Source: Chloropicon primus
Lineage: Eukaryota
Direction: 5' to 3'
Assembly: GCA_023205875.1 (NCBI GenBank)
Contig: CP060757.1
Coordinates: 496,001 to 560,000 of the forward strand
Length of the DNA: 64,000 nucleotides
Shown here: in pieces, positions 30,426-42,176 of the stretch
Position numbering within the stretch: the stretch's first letter is position 1
Layout: each line of letters begins with the position of its first letter
Notes under the pieces: generated by a model
Databases searched by the model: none
What the model saw: the letters and a program-made list of their open reading frames with translations, nothing else
What the model was told of the DNA's origin: nothing
Made by a program: the position numbers and the translations under genes

Positions 30426-31431
30426 TCATGCTGAACATCGCCCTCCAGTAGGTCGGCGTCACGACGTCGCCGAAACCGTGCCACCGGAACATCTCCACCC
30501 TCGTGGCGAAGCCCCCAGCGCCGAGGTTGGTCTCCGTCACCGGTGCGTCCGTCCCGTCGGTGTTGAACATCCAAAGCAGCCTCCTGCCTGGAACTTCAGC
30601 GGCCATCCCTATTGCGTTCACGGCGTCCGGGCTCAGCCTGTTCATGCTCACCGTCCACCTCCCCCCGCCCCTGAGGAGGGAAGGGAAGGCGCGCACGACG
30701 TACCTCCACCTCTCCCTCCGGAGCGACCCTCCGGAGGGACCCTCGTCCGTGTCCATCATACTCGTTGCCGTGACCAAGGGGTAAAGCTTCGTGCCCGAGG
30801 AGGACACGAGGACCACCTTCTTCTTGTTCTGGAACTCGACCAGGGTGGCACGTGAACCGATGTTATCACTCCTGGAGGGGGGCCCGAAGGACTTGTCGAT
30901 GGCGTACTTGTTCCTGAACTCCTCGTGGTGGTCGTCCCACTTTCCGCTGCCTCTGTACAGCATGTACCGCAGCTTGCACGGTATCCCGGGGCGCTCGCCA
31001 GGCCTCCCCTCCTCAATGAAGTTCGACAAGGGAAGCTTCCTCAGCAGGGAGGCCCACACCTCATCCGTCGACGCGACTCGGTACCAGAGCTTGCACACGC
31101 TCGCCGCGCGGCACAAGTCCTCGCAGTCCAAGTTGTGGAAGCACAGCGTGAGCAAGTGCGCGTTCAGCTTGTCGTTTATGACGCCAGAGTGCTTGGGGCA
31201 GAGAAGTCTGGAATACTCGGTCTCCTCGCTGTCCCTGAGCGCGAGGGAGACTCGTTCGCAGTGGCTTCGCAGCGGCTGGGCGATCGACGGAGGGATCCCA
31301 TCGCACCCTCTGAGCCTCTTCGCGGAGGTCAGCAGCTCGTGGAGACAGTCCAAGCAAGGACCTCCCCACCCTCGGCTCAAGGGCCGCTTCACTCCCTTCC
31401 CCTTCCTGTGGTCACATGAAGCGCCCCCCAT
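30223..31431 (-). CDS. F-box protein
   Basis: KLNAHLLTLCFHNLDCEDLCRAASVCKLWYRVASTDEVW. Confidence 0.82.
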   Translation of the reverse strand: MGGASCDHRKGKGVKRPLSRGWGGPCLDCLHELLTSAKRLRGCDGIPPSIAQPLRSHCERVSLALRDSEETEYSRLLCPKHSGVINDKLNAHLLTLCFHNLDCEDLCRAASVCKLWYRVASTDEVWASLLRKLPLSNFIEEGRPGERPGIPCKLRYMLYRGSGKWDDHHEEFRNKYAIDKSFGPPSRSDNIGSRATLVEFQNKKKVVLVSSSGTKLYPLVTATSMMDTDEGPSGGSLRRERWRYVVRAFPSLLRGGGRWTVSMNRLSPDAVNAIGMAAEVPGRRLLWMFNTDGTDAPVTETNLGAGGFATRVEMFRWHGFGDVVTPTYWRAMFSMSEDRLVLDCGMRKEGGCPLIERKGLIRDLLLGDRREGGVAQRGEVRCYLVLLLQDSKASVIDVCDYY

Positions 31432-31491
31432 GGCGCTCAAAAAATAAATGGAAAATCTCGTTTATGTCAACGAAGCTCAGCTCAGCTCAGC

Positions 31492-33192
31492 TCAACGCAT
31501 GCTCTGCAAGAATTTGCCGTGCTCTTTGCCTCGGACGAGGAGCTCGTCCCGGGGAGTGACGACCTTTGGTGCTCTGATCATTCCAGCCTTCTTGAAGGTG
31601 GTGCCCCTGCAGGTGGTGCGAGGGCAAGTTCCCGTGGGGTATTTGACTCCCACCGTTGTCAACCTCTGCCCGCACGTGCTGCACTCCCAAAACCTCTTGT
31701 ACCCGCCTTTCACCTTCACCTTGTGCGTGGAGGTGAGCTGCTCGGTGAGCTCCTCCTTCTGAATCATCGGCTTCAACCGGCCTTGCCTGTCCTGGAAGTC
31801 CTGCTCATCGGCCTCGCTCTGGTACAAGCTCGTTAATTTGACTTGCTTGCTCGCTTGCTGCCTCGCCTTTCCGAACTTCTCCAGGAACTTCCCCTGCTTC
31901 GCGGCCCTCTTCTTCTGCCTCTCGACGAGGAAGTCCGGCCCATCGCGGAGATTGGCCTTGCTGGACGGTTCCCCCTTCCTCTTGCCGCTGTAGCCAATGT
32001 CCGCCGTTCTGTTCGGGTCGGGAGCCGGCAAGCCACCCATTGACTTGACAATCTCCAGAGCCTTGGCGTAGGCGTCCTTGGGGCTCCCCAAAGTGCTCGA
32101 CTGCTTGCCGAGATTCACCATCCTCTCCGCGGCCGTTCCCGTCGCGACTCTCTTTATGGCCCCGACTCCCCTGCCCGCGTAGTTCTGCGCGGAGTCCAAG
32201 TACCTGTCCGTGAATCTCTGGAGCTCCTTTCCCGTCAAGCTCTTGACCGACTTCTTGCCCCTCGCCCTCATCAGAGCCTCCGTCCTCATCCTTTCCTGCT
32301 TGCTGATCTCCTTGGCCTGGTGAGCATAGTAGTTGCTGCCCCCCATCTGGGGTCGGATGTTCATTTTTTGAGCCTTGAGCTTCTTCAAAGCCGTCGAGGC
32401 GTGGTATTTGCAGTACTCCGAGTGCCGGAGGTTCACCACCATGGTGCAGGGCTGGCCGTCCCTCCTCGTCCCCTTGCAGATACCAAAATCCCTCGCCGTG
32501 CCAATCTTGGCAATCTGGGAGCCTTCCGCCACGCTGAAGGAGAGTGGGTGGCCACGACCGCTCGCTTCCTTCTTCTTCTCGTCCCTCTTCGCCTTGGCGC
32601 ACTGCAGCATGATCAGGGCCCCGCAATCGAGCTTGAGAGCGTGCTCGCCGTACGCTTCGCCAAAGAGGAACACGGAGAACGTCGTCTCCTCGAGGTCGCC
32701 CACTTTCAGGATAACGTACTTGCCTCCGTTCGACCCTTCTCTGGGGAGGCTCTTCTCCACCACGACCCCTATCGTCGACCAAGGCCCCGAGAAAGTCCCG
32801 ACGCTCGTCTTTCCCAGGTTCTCGAGTCGAATGTACGGGTACATGGTAGCTCTCTCTCTTACAACAAGGCCACCCATGACGGGGCGCGAGACTCGGATCC
32901 TGCTCAAAGCCTCGGCGTGATGCCCGTTTCCACTCTCTTGCCTAGCCGTGGCCCTCGGCGCCGCTTCAGCGAAAGCTCCCGCGCCTCCAACCCCCCGGCT
33001 TCCCATGGACACCACCTGGGCCACCGACTTTGCCGCCGTCGGCTCTCTCTTCACCTCCCTCTTCACCTCCCTCTTCACCTCCCTCTTCACCTCCTGGCCT
33101 TCTTCCCGTTGCCCTTCGTTCCCATCCTCAGTCTGGAGCGTCAGAAGCAGCGCGAGGTCATCGTCGTCCATCTCCCCTTCCATGCCCGCCAT
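31492..33192 (-). CDS. MCM10: Minichromosome maintenance protein 10
   Basis: W.TIGVVVEKS...SNGGKY.....DL (OB fold), IGTARDFGICKG.RRDG.PC...VN.....YC.YH (Zn finger), C-terminal CxxC...CxxxxC. Confidence 0.93.
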   Translation of the reverse strand: MAGMEGEMDDDDLALLLTLQTEDGNEGQREEGQEVKREVKREVKREVKREPTAAKSVAQVVSMGSRGVGGAGAFAEAAPRATARQESGNGHHAEALSRIRVSRPVMGGLVVRERATMYPYIRLENLGKTSVGTFSGPWSTIGVVVEKSLPREGSNGGKYVILKVGDLEETTFSVFLFGEAYGEHALKLDCGALIMLQCAKAKRDEKKKEASGRGHPLSFSVAEGSQIAKIGTARDFGICKGTRRDGQPCTMVVNLRHSEYCKYHASTALKKLKAQKMNIRPQMGGSNYYAHQAKEISKQERMRTEALMRARGKKSVKSLTGKELQRFTDRYLDSAQNYAGRGVGAIKRVATGTAAERMVNLGKQSSTLGSPKDAYAKALEIVKSMGGLPAPDPNRTADIGYSGKRKGEPSSKANLRDGPDFLVERQKKRAAKQGKFLEKFGKARQQASKQVKLTSLYQSEADEQDFQDRQGRLKPMIQKEELTEQLTSTHKVKVKGGYKRFWECSTCGQRLTTVGVKYPTGTCPRTTCRGTTFKKAGMIRAPKVVTPRDELLVRGKEHGKFLQSMR

Positions 33193-33612
33193 CCTGTCCC
33201 CCTCCTAGAGCCTTCCTCCCGGCGTCCAGGGCAACCGCGGTATCAATGGAAAGCCCAAGAGAAACCCTCGCGTATGGTGTGCCGCCCCTTCGAGCCCTTC
33301 TCCACTCCAACTCACGCAACCGTCCCGTCCCGTCCGCGTCTCCTCTAATCGATCGATCGATCGCAGCTCTCTCTCCTTCCTCTGTCTGTCGAAAAAAGCC
33401 CGCGAAGAAAGCAAAAGCGAGGGCGACCTTGGACAGCGTCCATCAAGGAGGGGAAGGGAGGGCGAAAGCGGGGCGTGGGAAGGGGGGAGGATGAGGTAGG
33501 CAGAAGGAACGTCTCTTGGTCTTTCGAACGAGTGTTCGCTGGAAGGAAACGACGCTCTGGTGAGGATTTGAGGCGCTTTGTCTTTGAGTTCCTTTTGGAT
33601 GAGAGGCCGACC

Positions 33613-34557
33613 ATGGGAAGTGCAAGGATAGTGGCGGAGGAGAGGGGGCCTCGGTATAGCCTGATAGGGCACGAGGGTGCGGTGAGGTGCATAGAGTTCA
33701 ACGAGGGGGGGACGTACTGCCTGACGGGAGGGAGCGACCGAAGCGTGAGGCTATGGAACCCGAAGAGGGGTGCTCTGGTGAACACGTACATGGGAGCGCA
33801 CGCGCACGAAGTGAGGGGGGTGGCGTGCACGAGCAGCAACGACAGGTTCGCGAGCTGCGGGGGGGACAGGCAAGTGTTCTTGCACGACGTGGGCACGGGT
33901 GCGGTGGTCAGGAAGTTTCGCGGGCACGAGGCGAAGAACGTCAACGCGGTCAGCTTCTCGAGGCAAGCCGGGGACCAAGTCCTGTTCTCTGGAGGTTTCG
34001 ACGCCACCTGCAGGGCTTGGGACTGCCGCTCCAACAGCGTGGAGCCGATCCAAGTTCTGCGTGACTTCAGGGACAGCGTGACTTCCCTCGCAGCCAGTGG
34101 CTACGACGTCATCGCGGGGAGTGTGGACGGCACGGTGCGGAGTTACGACGTGAGAACTGGAAAGGCTGTCACCGACACTTTTAGTGGGGCGAGCTCGCCG
34201 CCAGTGACGTCGGTGTCCCTCTCAAGCGACTCGCAGTGCATCTTGGTCGGGGTTCTCAACAGCAGGGTCGGGCTCCTGGACCGCGCATCGGGCGAGCTCC
34301 TCGCGCAGTATCACGGGCACAAGAACGAGGAGTTTAAAGTGGACTCCATGCTCACGAACGACGACGCTTACGTGGTTTCAGGGTCGGAGGACGGCAAGGT
34401 CTACTTTTGGGACTTGGTGGAGGCCGAAGTCGTGCAAACCTTTGAAGTGAATAGGAACGGAGCCGCCTTGGCTGCGTTGGCCTGGCACCCCGAGGGGGAG
34501 GTCTTGCTCACCGCGGCGACCAAGGGGGAGATCCACGTTTGGGCTTGTGTACAGTAG
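33613..34557 (+). CDS. WD40 repeat protein WDR83/MORG1
   Basis: GHEGAV...FN..G.YCLT.GSDR.VRLWNP, WDCRS...EPIQ, GSVDGTVRSYDVR, SGSEDG.VYFWDLVE. Confidence 0.88.
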   Translation: MGSARIVAEERGPRYSLIGHEGAVRCIEFNEGGTYCLTGGSDRSVRLWNPKRGALVNTYMGAHAHEVRGVACTSSNDRFASCGGDRQVFLHDVGTGAVVRKFRGHEAKNVNAVSFSRQAGDQVLFSGGFDATCRAWDCRSNSVEPIQVLRDFRDSVTSLAASGYDVIAGSVDGTVRSYDVRTGKAVTDTFSGASSPPVTSVSLSSDSQCILVGVLNSRVGLLDRASGELLAQYHGHKNEEFKVDSMLTNDDAYVVSGSEDGKVYFWDLVEAEVVQTFEVNRNGAALAALAWHPEGEVLLTAATKGEIHVWACVQ

Positions 34558-34629
34558 GGGAAAGGCGTAGGATAAAGTATTTGTAATATTTCAAATAAAG
34601 GGGGGTTGAATCTTCGTGCGTCCGAAGAG

Positions 34630-36650
34630 TTATGCGTATCCAGATGGTGTGATCACGTCGTCGATCTTCAGGATCATCTTCACGACCTGCGTTGCGAGCA
34701 TCATCTGCTGCTTCTTCCCAATGAGCGTCTCAAACACGTTTTGCTTCTTCATGTCGTTCGTTCCCTCGTCCTTGCAGTCAATTCCCAGCCTCTGGTTTCC
34801 TTCCTGCACCTGCTGGGCCTTGACAGCGGTCAGCGACTCAATTGGAGCCAAACCCGAGTTCTCTGCAAGGGCCAGAGGAATGGCATCCAGCGCCTCAGCA
34901 AAAGCCCTCATGGCGTACTGCTCGACCCCCTTGACCTTGTCCGAGGCTGCCTCAACGGCCAACGAGCAAGCGATCTCGGCGGACCCTCCGCCGTACACGA
35001 TGGAGTTATCCTTGACCAGGTTTCTCGCGACGCACAAGGCATCGTGCAAACTCCTCTTCGTCTCCTCGAGGATCATTCTGTTGCCTCCCCTCACGAGAAT
35101 GGTCACGGCCTTGCTGTTCGCGCAGTCTTCGATCACGATCATGTTGTCCTTGGTCGTTCCAAAAGAAACCTCCTTGACCTTTCCGGCCTTTCCGAGCTTG
35201 TCCTCACTGAGCTCCACGAACCTTGGCACAATCCTGCCTCCGGTGGCCATGGCGATCAGTTCGATCTCGACACCGCCCACCCATCTGATGGCCGGCAGCT
35301 CATTCTTGTAAAGCAAGTGATTGGCCTCGTCATCGAATCCCCACTGACAGATGATCAAGTTGGCGCCGGAATCCTTGCACTGCTTGATCATATCCGCAAA
35401 GTACTTTTGCTCTGTCTCGTGGAGTTTCTCGTATTTCTCTACCGTGTCGATGTCCACCTTGTGCTTTGTCTTTGGCTTTGGTGGCTCGAAGGGGCACGTC
35501 AAGATGGCGATCTTCGCGTCCTCAATCACCTTGGGCATCTGAGGGTGCGACATGTCCTTGTCCACGACGATGCCGTACACCAAAGAGGTATCCTCGATGC
35601 TTCCACCGACCTTGCCTTCGACCTTGATCAGGTCGAGGTTCACGTCCTTCCTCTCCAAGTCAGCCACGGCCATGACGGCCTTGACGCAGTACTCGGCCAT
35701 ATCGCGCTTACAGCGGTTCACGCTAACCACGGGAGTTCATGAAAAGAAGGAGAAAAAGGCTTCTCGTCAGTAAACGTGGAAGAGAGGCGCGCCCCCGTCC
35801 CCGGGCAGTCTCACTTACATTTTGGAGGAGAGCGTGGTCATGCAAGTGTTGATGAGAGGCTCCAAGTTCTCGGCGCTGAAGTCGAACTTTTCAGAGATGG
35901 AGTCCAAGGTCTCGTGGGCCACCTTGGCGGCCATCTCAAAACCTTCTGCGACCCTGATTGGGTGCATGCCCCTGTCCAGGAGGACCTCGGCCTGCTCAAG
36001 AAGAGATCCAGCGAGGACGACCACCCCCGTTGTCCCGTCACCGATCTCGTGGTCCTGACTTCGGCTCAACTCCACCAGCAGCTTGCCTATCTGGTTCTCC
36101 ACCTCCATCTGCTCCAAGATCGTTGCCCCGTCGTTCGATATCGTCAAGTCGCCGTCCGGGCTCTGAAGCATCTTGTCCATACCCTTGGGTCCCAAGCTCG
36201 AGCGAAGGATCCTGGCCACCGTCCTGGCCGCCAGAATGTTCGCCTTCTGGGCCTCGAGGCCCTTCACGCGCTTCTTCGACTCCGCGTCTGGCAAGCAAAC
36301 CACACGAGATCACACAAAAGAAAGAAGAAAACCGGTTTTTTTTCCCGGCGGCGTGGAAAGACGCAACGAAAAGAAAAGAAATACCCGTCAGCGTCCGTCG
36401 CAACTTCCGCGGGGTCGGGCTACGGCATGTTCCACGCCCACCCGCGCCCTCCCCTCCCCCTCCACCGCCCTTCCCCTCCTCCACCATGCCTTGATCTTGG
36501 CAACCCACGAAAACCAAAGACAAGACAAAAGAAAACTCGGACAACTCGAGCCTTCCCTCTCCATCCTCGTCGCCCTCGTCTTGGCTCCAGCCAAGCCTTA
36601 CCTTTAATGACGATAAAAGGCCTTCCATATTCATCAAAAGCTAGCGACAT
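34630..36650 (-). CDS. CCT5: T-complex protein 1 subunit epsilon, 3 exons (introns 36288-36601 and 35723-35818)
   Basis: [53 protein letters not shown]; in-frame GT-AG junctions checked. Confidence 0.97.
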
Positions 36651-36974
36651 CCTCGTCCGTGTGTGTGTGTGTGTGTGCCTTCGTGCGTTCTCTCTCTCCT
36701 CTCCTCTCCTCTCCTCTCCTCGCTCCGCTCCGCTCTGTTTTGAATCGGGCGCGAAGGGCGGAGATCTTCAACCCCAGGGGGAGGAGGCATTGAGGCGAGT
36801 CGTCGGGGGGTGTGGAGGTCGAGGGACGGATTTTGAGGCGGGTTTGGAGCCGGGGAGTCGACTCCACGTCTCTCGATCTTTCGAACGAGCGCGCACTCGA
36901 AAAGAGTGGTGGACCAGAGACTGAGATTTGTTCTCTCAACAGTCGATCAGTGACGAGTGGCCCCGGAGGAATGG

Positions 36975-37436
36975 ATGGGAGGCTCGAGCGAAAGGGGGAG
37001 GGGGACGTACGAGGCGTTGAGCGGGAGACTGGGCTGCTTGAGGCGCGTGGAGCGAAGGCGGGACGCCGAGGGAGAGGAGCCTAGGCTCGTGCTGGCGCCA
37101 GAGTCCAAGGGTGTGTGGTCCAAGGAGAGAAGCAAGTGCGAGGGGACCCTCGTTGAAGGGTGCGTGGAGGAGAACAGAACACGATGCGCGATAAGAAGCA
37201 GGAAGGTGTGCACGGCGGTGAGGAAGGGTGCTGAGGGAGGCGCCCGCACGATCCTGGGCAAGCTCCTCGGCCAGAGGAGGAGGCCGCTGGAGACCGAAGC
37301 GAGCGACGCCGCGAAGGCCGAGGGGAATTGCGAGGACAAGGTCTTCGGAGCCTGCGTCGTGGACCTCGAGAGAGTCTGCTCAGAAAAGGCGAGGACGGCC
37401 TGCGGCAGAGCTTTCGAGCCGCACATCCCGTTGTGA
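36975..37436 (+). CDS. Small Cys-rich protein with repeated Cx7C spacing (uncharacterised)
   Basis: Two clusters C-x7-C-x7-C-x7-C; host codon bias; resembles an uncharacterised land-plant family (recollection, not searched). Confidence 0.65.
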   Translation: MGGSSERGRGTYEALSGRLGCLRRVERRRDAEGEEPRLVLAPESKGVWSKERSKCEGTLVEGCVEENRTRCAIRSRKVCTAVRKGAEGGARTILGKLLGQRRRPLETEASDAAKAEGNCEDKVFGACVVDLERVCSEKARTACGRAFEPHIPL

Positions 37437-37454
37437 ATTTTCCTCGCGCTGACC

Positions 37455-39731
37455 ATGAGCTCCACCTCCAAGGTAGCCGTCCCACCGTCCCCGAACTGGT
37501 ACTCTTCCCAAATCAGCGACGTGAGCAGGGACGGGGAGCTCTATGCTTACGCATCGCACAGCTACGTCGTGGTGGTCAGGCCCGGGACTGGCGAGGTGCT
37601 GCACCAGCTGGCTGGCCACAAGGGAAGAGTCACGAGCTTGACCTTTCTGAGGGGCAGGGGGAAGTACGCGAGGCATTTTTTGGTTACTGGTTCGAGGGAC
37701 AAGACGCTCATCGTGTGGGACGCTTACTCTGGCAAGCCAATACGTGCCATGAGCGGGCACAGAAGCGAGATCGGGGCCTTAGAGAGCTTCCACGAGGGAG
37801 AAGGCGCCTCGGAATCTCGCTTCTTCGTCGGCGACTTTGTGTCCGTCGACAGCTCCGGATGGGCCTTTCACTGGGACGTGTGCAGCCCTGAGAAGCCTTT
37901 GCACAAAATCCAGTTGCCCCAGACATTCTCGGGAGCTCTTTGCACCTTTGACTGTGGGACTGTCTCCAGCAGCGAGCATCTCTTGCGAGGCAGGGAGGGC
38001 CGGGACCTGCACCTAATTCGGAACCTTTTGTGTTACGGCACGGTCAGCGGGGAGGTTTGTTTGGTCGACGTGGAGAGCCAGGATGTGGTGCAGACATGGC
38101 GGCCCCATTCGGGATCAGTGTGCCAGGTGAGGTCACAGGTTGAAGGGCCGAACCTCCTGATCATGTCAACTTGCAAAAGTGGGGAAATCAAGGTGTACGC
38201 GGGGAGGAGCGAAGGCGGTGTCCTGCTGGATGACGTCTCCGCAGCAATCGTCTTGACGCCTGATCAGAGGCTCACCGCAAATGAGCGGGCCAGGAATTGG
38301 GCCAGCAGTGTGTACATAAGCGGGGGAGAAAACGATAAGAGCGCGAGATCGATACTCGTGACGGATCTAAAGGGGCAGATCTGGAAATGGAATATGGCAG
38401 AAGGCGTATCGAAAGGTGTTGGAGCAGCGCCCTTCATCGCACATCACAACAGACCCATCTTTCGAATGGATGCCATGCCAGGTGGAGGCCTCTTATCGTG
38501 TAGCATGGACCGGCAGGTAGCTTGCTTCAGTGCTAATGGGTCGGCGCAATGGGCCGTTCGGGGATTCGGTGGTCATGCTCAGTGCGTTTGTGCATCTGGA
38601 TCACAGGGGAAGCTTGCTGTTGCCTGCGGCGACAGCACGATCAGAGTGTACGGGGACTCCTTGACTGCGGAGGCAGAGCAATCCAGAGGCTTGAAGGAGG
38701 TGCAGTTCCTTTGGAATGGTTTGCAAAATGTGAGCTTCTCCTGGATGTCTTTCCACCCGAAGCAAGATGATTTGCTTGTTTTCTCCACTGAGGGAGGGGA
38801 CGGCATTGGCGTTTACAATCTTTTCCTGGGCAGGGTCACTTATATGTCCACACGCATGGGAATACAGCACGCGGAGCTAAGGAAGGAGCAAACCGCGTCT
38901 TTTGGAGAAATTCTCCTTAGCCCTCCAACTCTGTACACGCTTCAATCAGGCAAGTTGCTGGCGTGGCACAAGGATGTTCGGCAATGGGGTGAAATGCACA
39001 CCAGCAAGGTGCGACAAGAAGTTGATTTTTCGGTCTGCACGAGAAGGACTGAAGGTGGTGGCGGCAGCGACACCGAGGTGAGGGCGTTCAGTTTCTCTTC
39101 CTCGGGGAAGTACCTCGTTCTAGCCACGGAATCCAATGACATCCACATATTCCACGATCAAGAGGAGCTGCAATCTGCAAACGGTGGCGAGAGAAACGAA
39201 CAGAAGGCGTCGTTGTTCAAGCCCCTTTCGGCCAAGTGGTACCACCTGGTATCCGTTTCGAGAGAAGGCCTCAGCATCGACAGTGACATCAGCTGTGTGA
39301 GCGCCGGGCATGAAACAAAAACAGACGATGGTGGCGAACGCCTGGACATCTTTGCCGGTTATCAGGATGGGAGTGTACTGTATGAAAGAGTAGTCACATC
39401 TGCCGGGAATCACCAGTGCAAAAAGATTCTTATAGTCCTACCGCAAGCCCACAAGGCCAGAGTGAGGAGCATTGTTTTCAATTCCCACTTGGGTGATCAC
39501 TGGGCTTCTGTGGCTCAAGGCGAACCGAGTATCAAGGTCTGGTGCGGGCCCAACGAGGAGTCTGGCAGCGAAGGGGCGGGCGCTACGCTTGGATCCATAA
39601 CCCTTGAGGGACACCACGCAAGCGTGCTCTCGTTGTGTTGGAGCTCCGTGAGCCCCCGCTGCCTGTACAGCGCGTCTGAAGATCAATCGCTGAGGTTGTG
39701 GGAGTGCTGGTCTGGAGTTGGAGAGCACTAG
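37455..39731 (+). CDS. Gemin5-like WD40 repeat protein
   Basis: N-terminal PPSPNWY, S.SMDRQV...W....FGG, LAVACGD.TIRV, W.G, C-terminal LYSASEDQSLRLW. Confidence 0.78.
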   Translation: MSSTSKVAVPPSPNWYSSQISDVSRDGELYAYASHSYVVVVRPGTGEVLHQLAGHKGRVTSLTFLRGRGKYARHFLVTGSRDKTLIVWDAYSGKPIRAMSGHRSEIGALESFHEGEGASESRFFVGDFVSVDSSGWAFHWDVCSPEKPLHKIQLPQTFSGALCTFDCGTVSSSEHLLRGREGRDLHLIRNLLCYGTVSGEVCLVDVESQDVVQTWRPHSGSVCQVRSQVEGPNLLIMSTCKSGEIKVYAGRSEGGVLLDDVSAAIVLTPDQRLTANERARNWASSVYISGGENDKSARSILVTDLKGQIWKWNMAEGVSKGVGAAPFIAHHNRPIFRMDAMPGGGLLSCSMDRQVACFSANGSAQWAVRGFGGHAQCVCASGSQGKLAVACGDSTIRVYGDSLTAEAEQSRGLKEVQFLWNGLQNVSFSWMSFHPKQDDLLVFSTEGGDGIGVYNLFLGRVTYMSTRMGIQHAELRKEQTASFGEILLSPPTLYTLQSGKLLAWHKDVRQWGEMHTSKVRQEVDFSVCTRRTEGGGGSDTEVRAFSFSSSGKYLVLATESNDIHIFHDQEELQSANGGERNEQKASLFKPLSAKWYHLVSVSREGLSIDSDISCVSAGHETKTDDGGERLDIFAGYQDGSVLYERVVTSAGNHQCKKILIVLPQAHKARVRSIVFNSHLGDHWASVAQGEPSIKVWCGPNEESGSEGAGATLGSITLEGHHASVLSLCWSSVSPRCLYSASEDQSLRLWECWSGVGEH

Positions 39732-39781
39732 CCCTCAAAAGTGTGTAAAAAGTATAATTAATGTATAATCAAAATGATTTT

Positions 39782-41877
39782 TCAAAAAACGTTTTTCGTG
39801 AACAAACAAGCAGAGGAGTCTTGGATCTCTTCATTCATGAACTCGTATAGCCTTGCCCTTTCCATGAACCTTCTGTGCTGCCTTGCAATGGAGTCGATGT
39901 TTGCTTTATCTCTGCCCTTCACCTGCAAGTCCGTCTTTGCCACGCGGTCCGCATGGAGCGTGTTCCATTTCTTCTTGGTCTTGAGCTTGTACTGCTGGTT
40001 CAGCCTCTTCTCCTCCCTGTCCCCGTCCTGCATGTCCAGGATCCACTTGTTCCTGCTCTCGCCATACAGTTTTGACGTGCTCAGGTGCCCCGGGAAGCCA
40101 GAAGGGGGGATGATGAGCTTGAAGGTGTTGGCGTGATCGGGCCTGCTAGCGAAGCGACCAAACTTCTGGTTCGGATCCGACCCAATGTATCGCTGGACAG
40201 GTGGTTTCTCCCTGGCAAGTTTCTGCTTCTCCTCGACTCTTTCCTTGCGCCGAAGCCTGCTCTTGGCGTGGTGCTCATGCAATTCATCAGTCGAGGACTG
40301 CAGGTATTCTGCAAACTCGTCGTAAGAGAAGTAGTTGTCCTTGTTCTTGTCAAACCTCGTCAGCATTTCCTGAATCTCCCCGATTGTGCACAAGTCAGGC
40401 GCAAACCTTGTCAGGCCCTCTATGAGCTCTCCCTTTGAGATGTAACCATCTCCGTTCTTGTCGTACTTCCTAAAAAGCTCGACCCCGGTGTTCGGCGTTG
40501 CGCGCAATTTTTCCGTCAACAGCAGGATCGACCTTGGCAATGGCGGGTTCTGCCACTCTTTCTCGTCCTCCTCGACCTGCCCCCGCTGAGGGGAGGTTGC
40601 GGCTGATTCTGTGCCCTGTCTCTTGCGCCGGGTCTCCTCCTGCGGCTTCATGTCGAACCAGTTCCCCTCGTCAAAAGAAGACACGAACTCCTCGTAGTCG
40701 ATCTCTCCACTTCCGTCTGCATCAACCTCATCGAAAAGCTTGTTGAAGTAAGCATCGGGGATCCCCAAGTGCAAAGAATGAAGGCCCTGAATGTACTCGC
40801 CCCTCGAGATCTTGCCGTTCCTGTTCATGTCGTACTTGCTGAAAATCTTCTTCAGTTTCGAATCCAGCTGCATGAACTTGTCCTTGAGAATATTCGTGAG
40901 GAACCTCAAGCTCGACCTCTCCTCGTGCGTGCCGCTCTGTTGCAGCCCCTGAGAGACCCAGTGCGGCACAGATATGTCTTTCCTGTCCGCGGGGTTCCCC
41001 TTGTACTTCCCCCTCACTTTGTGCCAAGGAGCCGCGTGAACGATGTTGTCCTCGGCCTGATCGATGTCCGAGAGGCCCAAGGGGTGGTCGTTGTCAAAGA
41101 AGTTGAACAGATCGACGTACTTGACCATGCCAGAGCAGTCCACATCCAAAGTCCTGGCCACCCTCATCATCTGGTTCTTCTTCAAACCGAAGCTGAACCG
41201 GGTGAGGCACTCCTCGAGCTCCCCGTAAGTGATCTTTCCGTTCTTGTTCTGGTCGAGGTCCCAGAGGTACTGCCTGATTTGCGACATCTGCGGACCAAGA
41301 CTGTTGATCTTCAGCCGAATGCTGTCGCTCAGCAGCCTGTCGGACTTTGACTTTTGGGAGAGGACCCGAATCTCCGCGCTCTGGTCCCGCGGCCGAGAGG
41401 TGCTGGGCCTCGAAGTTGGTCTGGAAGAAGAATTCACTGGGTCAGCCAAAGTTCACATCACACAGAGAGCGAGCGAGATCAAAAGTGTGGTTGCTTGGTT
41501 GGGACCGTGGTCCGCAGAGTTACTCACCCGCTTGTTTTCGGCCGAGCGACCACGCTCGCGCTCATGGGCCGGACGCTCTTCTTCGCAATAGCTTCCTTCT
41601 CCACGACTTCCTTCCTGTTGCTCGCCCCCGTGCTGTGTATCCGAGTTCTCGCACTGAATGGCCTCCTGTTCTCCCTCTCGTTCTGTGCCCCACTCCACCT
41701 CGGGCTCGCACTCCCCGAAGCGGTGCCCGGTCTCCAAGTCGGCAGCTTCGCCAACCCCGTCCTCCTGAATGTCCCCACCTTGGCCTCCCCTCCATAGTAC
41801 CTGTTCTCCTTCTTCAACTCAAACGCCTCCGACCCACCCACGAGTCCGAACCTATTCGGTATCGTCTTCGGTGCCAT
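39782..41877 (-). CDS. Multi-EF-hand calcium-binding protein, 2 exons (intron 41421-41527)
   Basis: Loops DQNKNGKITYGE, DVDCSGMVKY, DMNRNGKISRGE, DADGSGEIDYEE, DKNGDGYISKGE, DKNKDNYFSYDE; GTGAGT...CTGAC...CCAG intron in frame. Confidence 0.85.
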
Positions 41878-42176
41878 CCAGTCCAGTCCTCGTCACAAGT
41901 GCTTCCAAGCCCAAACAAAACCAAACCAAAAAAAACGTCGTCTTCCCTCTCCAAAACCAGCGCAAACTTCCAAAAGAAGCGTTCCAAGATAAAATAGAAA
42001 GGACCAAAGCCTGCACCAGCACCAGCACCTCGTCCAACCGCCCGCCAAGACAACTGTTCAAGTCCAGTCAATGACCCCTTCCGCTTCAAGCCGAGCCCCC
42101 CCTTCTGAAGGTTCCCCTTGACCAAACGACAAAACAAGATTTTCCATTTCAACGGATTCATTCTTTACGACGTCAC

